The translations under genes and the position numbers were made by a program. This document shows, one piece after another, positions 58,400 through 61,585 of a stretch of DNA of 61,585 nucleotides (positions within the stretch are counted from its first letter, which is position 1; every line of letters starts with the position of its first letter). Source of the DNA: an uncultured Dehalococcoidia bacterium. Its GTDB lineage: Bacteria > Chloroflexota > Dehalococcoidia > Lucifugimonadales > GCA-2712585. The DNA lies in contig CAZPLA010000026.1 of NCBI GenBank assembly GCA_964587385.1, forward strand, positions 1 through 61,585. The letters run 5' to 3'. The notes below the pieces were generated by a model. That model worked only from the letters and a program-made list of their open reading frames with translations. It did no database searches and was not told the DNA's origin.

Positions 58400-59112
58400 G
58401 CCTAGAAGGCCAAAGAAATGACCTGGCGCTTTTAAGGGCGGTGGGTCAAGGAACAATGGTTGTGAAATATCCCGAAAGTCTATTAGCAACTTTTGGAACG
58501 ACTAGGGTCGAATATTATGTCGTTACAAATGCTATATATCAAGATGATGATGCTGATGTTAAAGAATCAGTTATTAGGAAGGGTTTTGTATCGGTTGCGA
58601 GACCAGCTGTAGTGACACCGAGTTATATGTCTAGGCTAAACGGCTTTGGTCAGGACGCACTGGACTATTTTAACTCTCTTGCGCAGAGATATGGTTATAA
58701 TTCACCAGGCTTGCTTTATAAATATTCTAATGAGCATTTAAACACTGACATCGTTAAAGGAAATGCAGTTGATGTAGCTAGTCAGGTATCTGATAGATTG
58801 AAAGCTAACAATAAGAATACTGCGGTTATCATTGGAATAGATAAGTTATGGGATATGTGTTTGCTGCAATTCGTCTTTCAATTCACGATATCCTCGATAG
58901 AGAACAATATTAGAGAACTGGAAAGAGGGAGATTGATTGATCCTGAACCAGGATTAGGTGTTCCCAGAGCTGCAGTTAAAGATATAGAATTCTTGTTTGC
59001 TGAAGCCTCGCAAGGGCACATAGATCCAAGTGTTTTGAAGATTGAATTAGACAGATGGCAACTTTTTCAACGATATCAGGATAGGTTTCTGGCATTGTTT
59101 AGGAAAAAGTGA
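58396..59112 (+). CDS. Conserved hypothetical protein
   Basis: 238-aa ORF coupled to the upstream gene (TTGA overlap); globular composition. Confidence 0.8.
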   Translation: MSLEGQRNDLALLRAVGQGTMVVKYPESLLATFGTTRVEYYVVTNAIYQDDDADVKESVIRKGFVSVARPAVVTPSYMSRLNGFGQDALDYFNSLAQRYGYNSPGLLYKYSNEHLNTDIVKGNAVDVASQVSDRLKANNKNTAVIIGIDKLWDMCLLQFVFQFTISSIENNIRELERGRLIDPEPGLGVPRAAVKDIEFLFAEASQGHIDPSVLKIELDRWQLFQRYQDRFLALFRKK

Positions 59113-59190
59113 TATTTGGGCGTATTTGTCTAATCTTCGTTTCGCTTAGTTAGATGTGGAATAGAGTTAATATTGTTGGGGTGTATTGAT

Positions 59191-60768
59191 ATGTTGGATT
59201 TATTGATTGTAAAGGGACTTATTATTGATGGTACTGGCAATCCCGGATTCTACGCTGGTGTAGGTATTGAAGATAACAAGATTCGGATTCTGCGTGGGGA
59301 TTTGTCATTGGTTGAGGCAAAGCGAACTATTGATGCATCTGGGATGATTGTATGTCCTGGATTCATAGATGTTCATGCCCATTCAGGGTTAGTTATATTG
59401 GCTGAGCCAAAACATGAAGCGAAAGTGCGCCAGGGGGTGACAACGGAACTCATTGGAGTAGATGGTAATTCATATGCACCATTTTTCGATCGTGATGATT
59501 TTCTTCGTTTTGTTGAAATGAATGCAGGACTGGATGGAAATCCAGACTTGAGTCAGGAGTGGTCTAGCGTAGCGGAATATTTGATGTGTTTTGATAACAA
59601 AGTCGCCATTAATATTGCTTATATTATCGGCAATTCCCCTTTAAGAATTGCTACTGTTGGTTGGGATAATAAACCAGCAGACAGCAAACAAATAAGCAAT
59701 ATGAAGGCATTGCTTAGGGAGGGGATGGAGGAAGGCGCTTTCGGTCTATCTACAGGGTTGGATTACCCTCCGGGAAGTTACGCAGACACAGGAGAATTAA
59801 TCGAATTGTCCCATGAGGCAGCGTTGTTAGGAGGAATTTATCATACGCACACTAGAAATACGTTGGGAGACCAGTTTTTGGACCCTGTTAAGGAGGCCAT
59901 TGAAATTGGTATGAAATCTGGGATTCCTTGTCATATCACTCACCTTTACCATAGGGTAGGACATCCAGGTGGCGGCATGGAACTATTGGGGTTGGTGGAA
60001 GGTGCTCGGGACCACGGACAGGATGTCACATTCGATTGTTATCCGTATCTTTATGGAAGTACTCGGCTGACTATATTGTTTCCTCAATGGAGTCAAGATG
60101 GAGGACCAGAAAAGTTCAAAGAGGTTCTGGCTTCTGATGAAGGGAGGGCGAGGCTCAAGATGGATATGTTTACTCGAGGGACTTCCTATCAAGATATGTG
60201 GCTAACTTATTTCAAAAGGGAACACAACCATAAATTTGAGGGTAAGTCGATAGCTGAGGCGGCTATCATTTCTATGAAAAGCGAAGTCGATACAATGTGT
60301 GATTTGCTATTGGATGAGGATCTGCAGGTTTCTTTTGTGATGGCTGGAGTGAATGGTAAAACTCTACCTCAGTTTGTGACACATCCTATGTCTATGGTAG
60401 GAAGTGATGCATTGCTTATAGGCGAGTTTCCGAGTCCAAGGACTTATGGAACTTTTCCTACTATATTAGCTGAATACGTTCGAGAAGAACGAAAAATGAA
60501 TTTACCAGAAGCTATTCGGAAGATGACTTCTTTTCCAGCCCAACGGTTGGGAATATTGAATAGGGGTACTTTGAAGGATAATATGTTGGCAGATCTTGTG
60601 ATATTTGATCCTGAACGGGTTAGCGCACCTGCTACCAGGACGGATCCCAAACAATTCGCTACTGGGATTGATTACGTAGTAGTCAACGGTTCTATAGTTA
60701 TTGACCACGGAATTCATACAGGTGTATTAGCAGGCAAGACCATTAGAAGGGGCAGAAACCATGATTAA
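59191..60768 (+). CDS. N-acyl-D-amino-acid deacylase (D-aminoacylase family); likely start 59191
   Basis: IIDGTG, CPGFIDVHAHS, QGVTTE, GLSTGLDYPPG, GSDA, PRTYGTFP, EAIRKMTSFPA. Confidence 0.93.
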   Translation: MLDLLIVKGLIIDGTGNPGFYAGVGIEDNKIRILRGDLSLVEAKRTIDASGMIVCPGFIDVHAHSGLVILAEPKHEAKVRQGVTTELIGVDGNSYAPFFDRDDFLRFVEMNAGLDGNPDLSQEWSSVAEYLMCFDNKVAINIAYIIGNSPLRIATVGWDNKPADSKQISNMKALLREGMEEGAFGLSTGLDYPPGSYADTGELIELSHEAALLGGIYHTHTRNTLGDQFLDPVKEAIEIGMKSGIPCHITHLYHRVGHPGGGMELLGLVEGARDHGQDVTFDCYPYLYGSTRLTILFPQWSQDGGPEKFKEVLASDEGRARLKMDMFTRGTSYQDMWLTYFKREHNHKFEGKSIAEAAIISMKSEVDTMCDLLLDEDLQVSFVMAGVNGKTLPQFVTHPMSMVGSDALLIGEFPSPRTYGTFPTILAEYVREERKMNLPEAIRKMTSFPAQRLGILNRGTLKDNMLADLVIFDPERVSAPATRTDPKQFATGIDYVVVNGSIVIDHGIHTGVLAGKTIRRGRNHD

Positions 60769-60814
60769 GCATTGTAGATGGACGAGGAACTAGATTAGCG
60801 AAAAAACTCAGGGG

Positions 60815-61405
60815 TCAGGCGGGAACTACCATTATTTTATCCCACATGCCTGTACGCCTTCGGTTATATTCGTCTTCCAATAGGCCCAAAACTGTCGAAT
60901 TCTTCCAATCACCATTTAGCATGTGTGTGCTTCTTAAACTTCCTTCTATAGTAAACCCCAGTCGTCTGAATAGGTGTAGAGCTATATGGTTGTATTCAGG
61001 GACATCTACCCATACCCGATGCAGCTCTATTTCAAGGAACGCAATGTCTAGCAATAGCAAGACTGCAATTTGCCCATAGTGATGTCCCCAGACCTCTTTT
61101 TTGCCTATAAGTATAAACAGTTCAGCTTCTTTTAATGGGGGGTTTATTAGAATCTGTATTTCGCCTATGTGTCCGAATTCTTGCACATATATGGATCTGA
61201 TGATGCGCTCCGGATTAGAGAAGAGAACCCCCCACTCCGCTTGATTAGCATTTATGGCCGACTTTGGGTCATAGCCAATATGCTTAGGGGTACCGTCTTC
61301 CCCAGCTCCATACCACATCCTGTTCACCGACGTGTCTTCGAGCCAAGATGCAATTCTGAAGACATCGTCTTTAGTTACCGTGTTAAGTTGAATATCGGTG
61401 TTCAA
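60815..61405 (-). CDS. GNAT N-acetyltransferase, RimJ/RimL family
   Basis: ILIGKKEVWGHHYG, LHRVWVDV.EYN..A..LFRRLGF.IEG.LR. Confidence 0.88.
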   Translation of the reverse strand: MNTDIQLNTVTKDDVFRIASWLEDTSVNRMWYGAGEDGTPKHIGYDPKSAINANQAEWGVLFSNPERIIRSIYVQEFGHIGEIQILINPPLKEAELFILIGKKEVWGHHYGQIAVLLLLDIAFLEIELHRVWVDVPEYNHIALHLFRRLGFTIEGSLRSTHMLNGDWKNSTVLGLLEDEYNRRRTGMWDKIMVVPA

Positions 61406-61585
61406 GATATAGTTATTCCTAGGTTTAGTTGATCAAAAATGTGGGTAGATTCTACTACAAGCATCAAGTCGTGGCAAACAAAAAAAGGGCTACTGGTTAA
61501 TGGATGTTTCGAGATATACTAAGAAAATGTTTTTTAGTGACGTTTTCCCAACTCCGTTAGGGTGGTTTGCAGTGCTACTTTCGGA

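Noticed and set aside
1-61585. CRISPR arrays, IS/integrase/prophage genes, rRNA, selenocysteine read-through or programmed frameshifts
   Set aside because: I saw no regularly spaced repeats or mobile-element motifs, and the main ORFs look full-length with no in-frame TGA or split needing recoding. This was by-eye inspection only.
61406-61585. Possible 3' end of a minus-strand gene entering from the right edge
   Set aside because: It is too short to choose a frame or assign a product.

Overview
Core and accessory chromosomal segment from a bacterium of roughly 40% GC (estimated by eye). The gene content suggests a marine heterotrophic Chloroflexota, Dehalococcoidia/SAR202-like; this is an inference, not a database result. 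From left to right: the 5' part of topA; a 12.5 kb accessory block between two co-oriented tRNA-Ser genes (PTE-family hydrolase, serine hydrolase, small CPLH-tailed membrane protein with an MFS, TetR with a peptide/nickel-type ABC importer, GT4); a CorC-like protein, glmU, tRNA-Arg and tRNA-Pro; an unannotated 51-aa Cys/His microprotein; an Ldh_2 oxidoreductase; a threonine-synthase paralog; MFS and FtsX-type ABC exporters; a DUF2339/DUF3999-like pair; a rubrerythrin-VIT1 fusion; a 2-oxoacid dehydrogenase E1a/E1b/E2 plus lipB; queF and ispH; a second threonine-synthase paralog and a class III aminotransferase; a 14 kb minus-strand cluster; and a cyclophilin, two conserved hypotheticals, a D-aminoacylase and a GNAT. 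The 14 kb cluster encodes a variant Alternative Complex III (split ActB, ActF-like gene before actC, extra small membrane protein) followed by ccmH/ccmF/ccmG-type maturation genes and uncharacterised partners. I saw no CRISPR array, rRNA, integrase or transposase. The best leads are the ACIII-ccm cluster with a Rex/CRP-like box over its promoter, the HPxxCxCxxC microprotein, the CPLH peptide-MFS pair, the rubrerythrin-VIT1 fusion, a probable CTG start codon, and a tRNA-Ser with a TGC T-loop.
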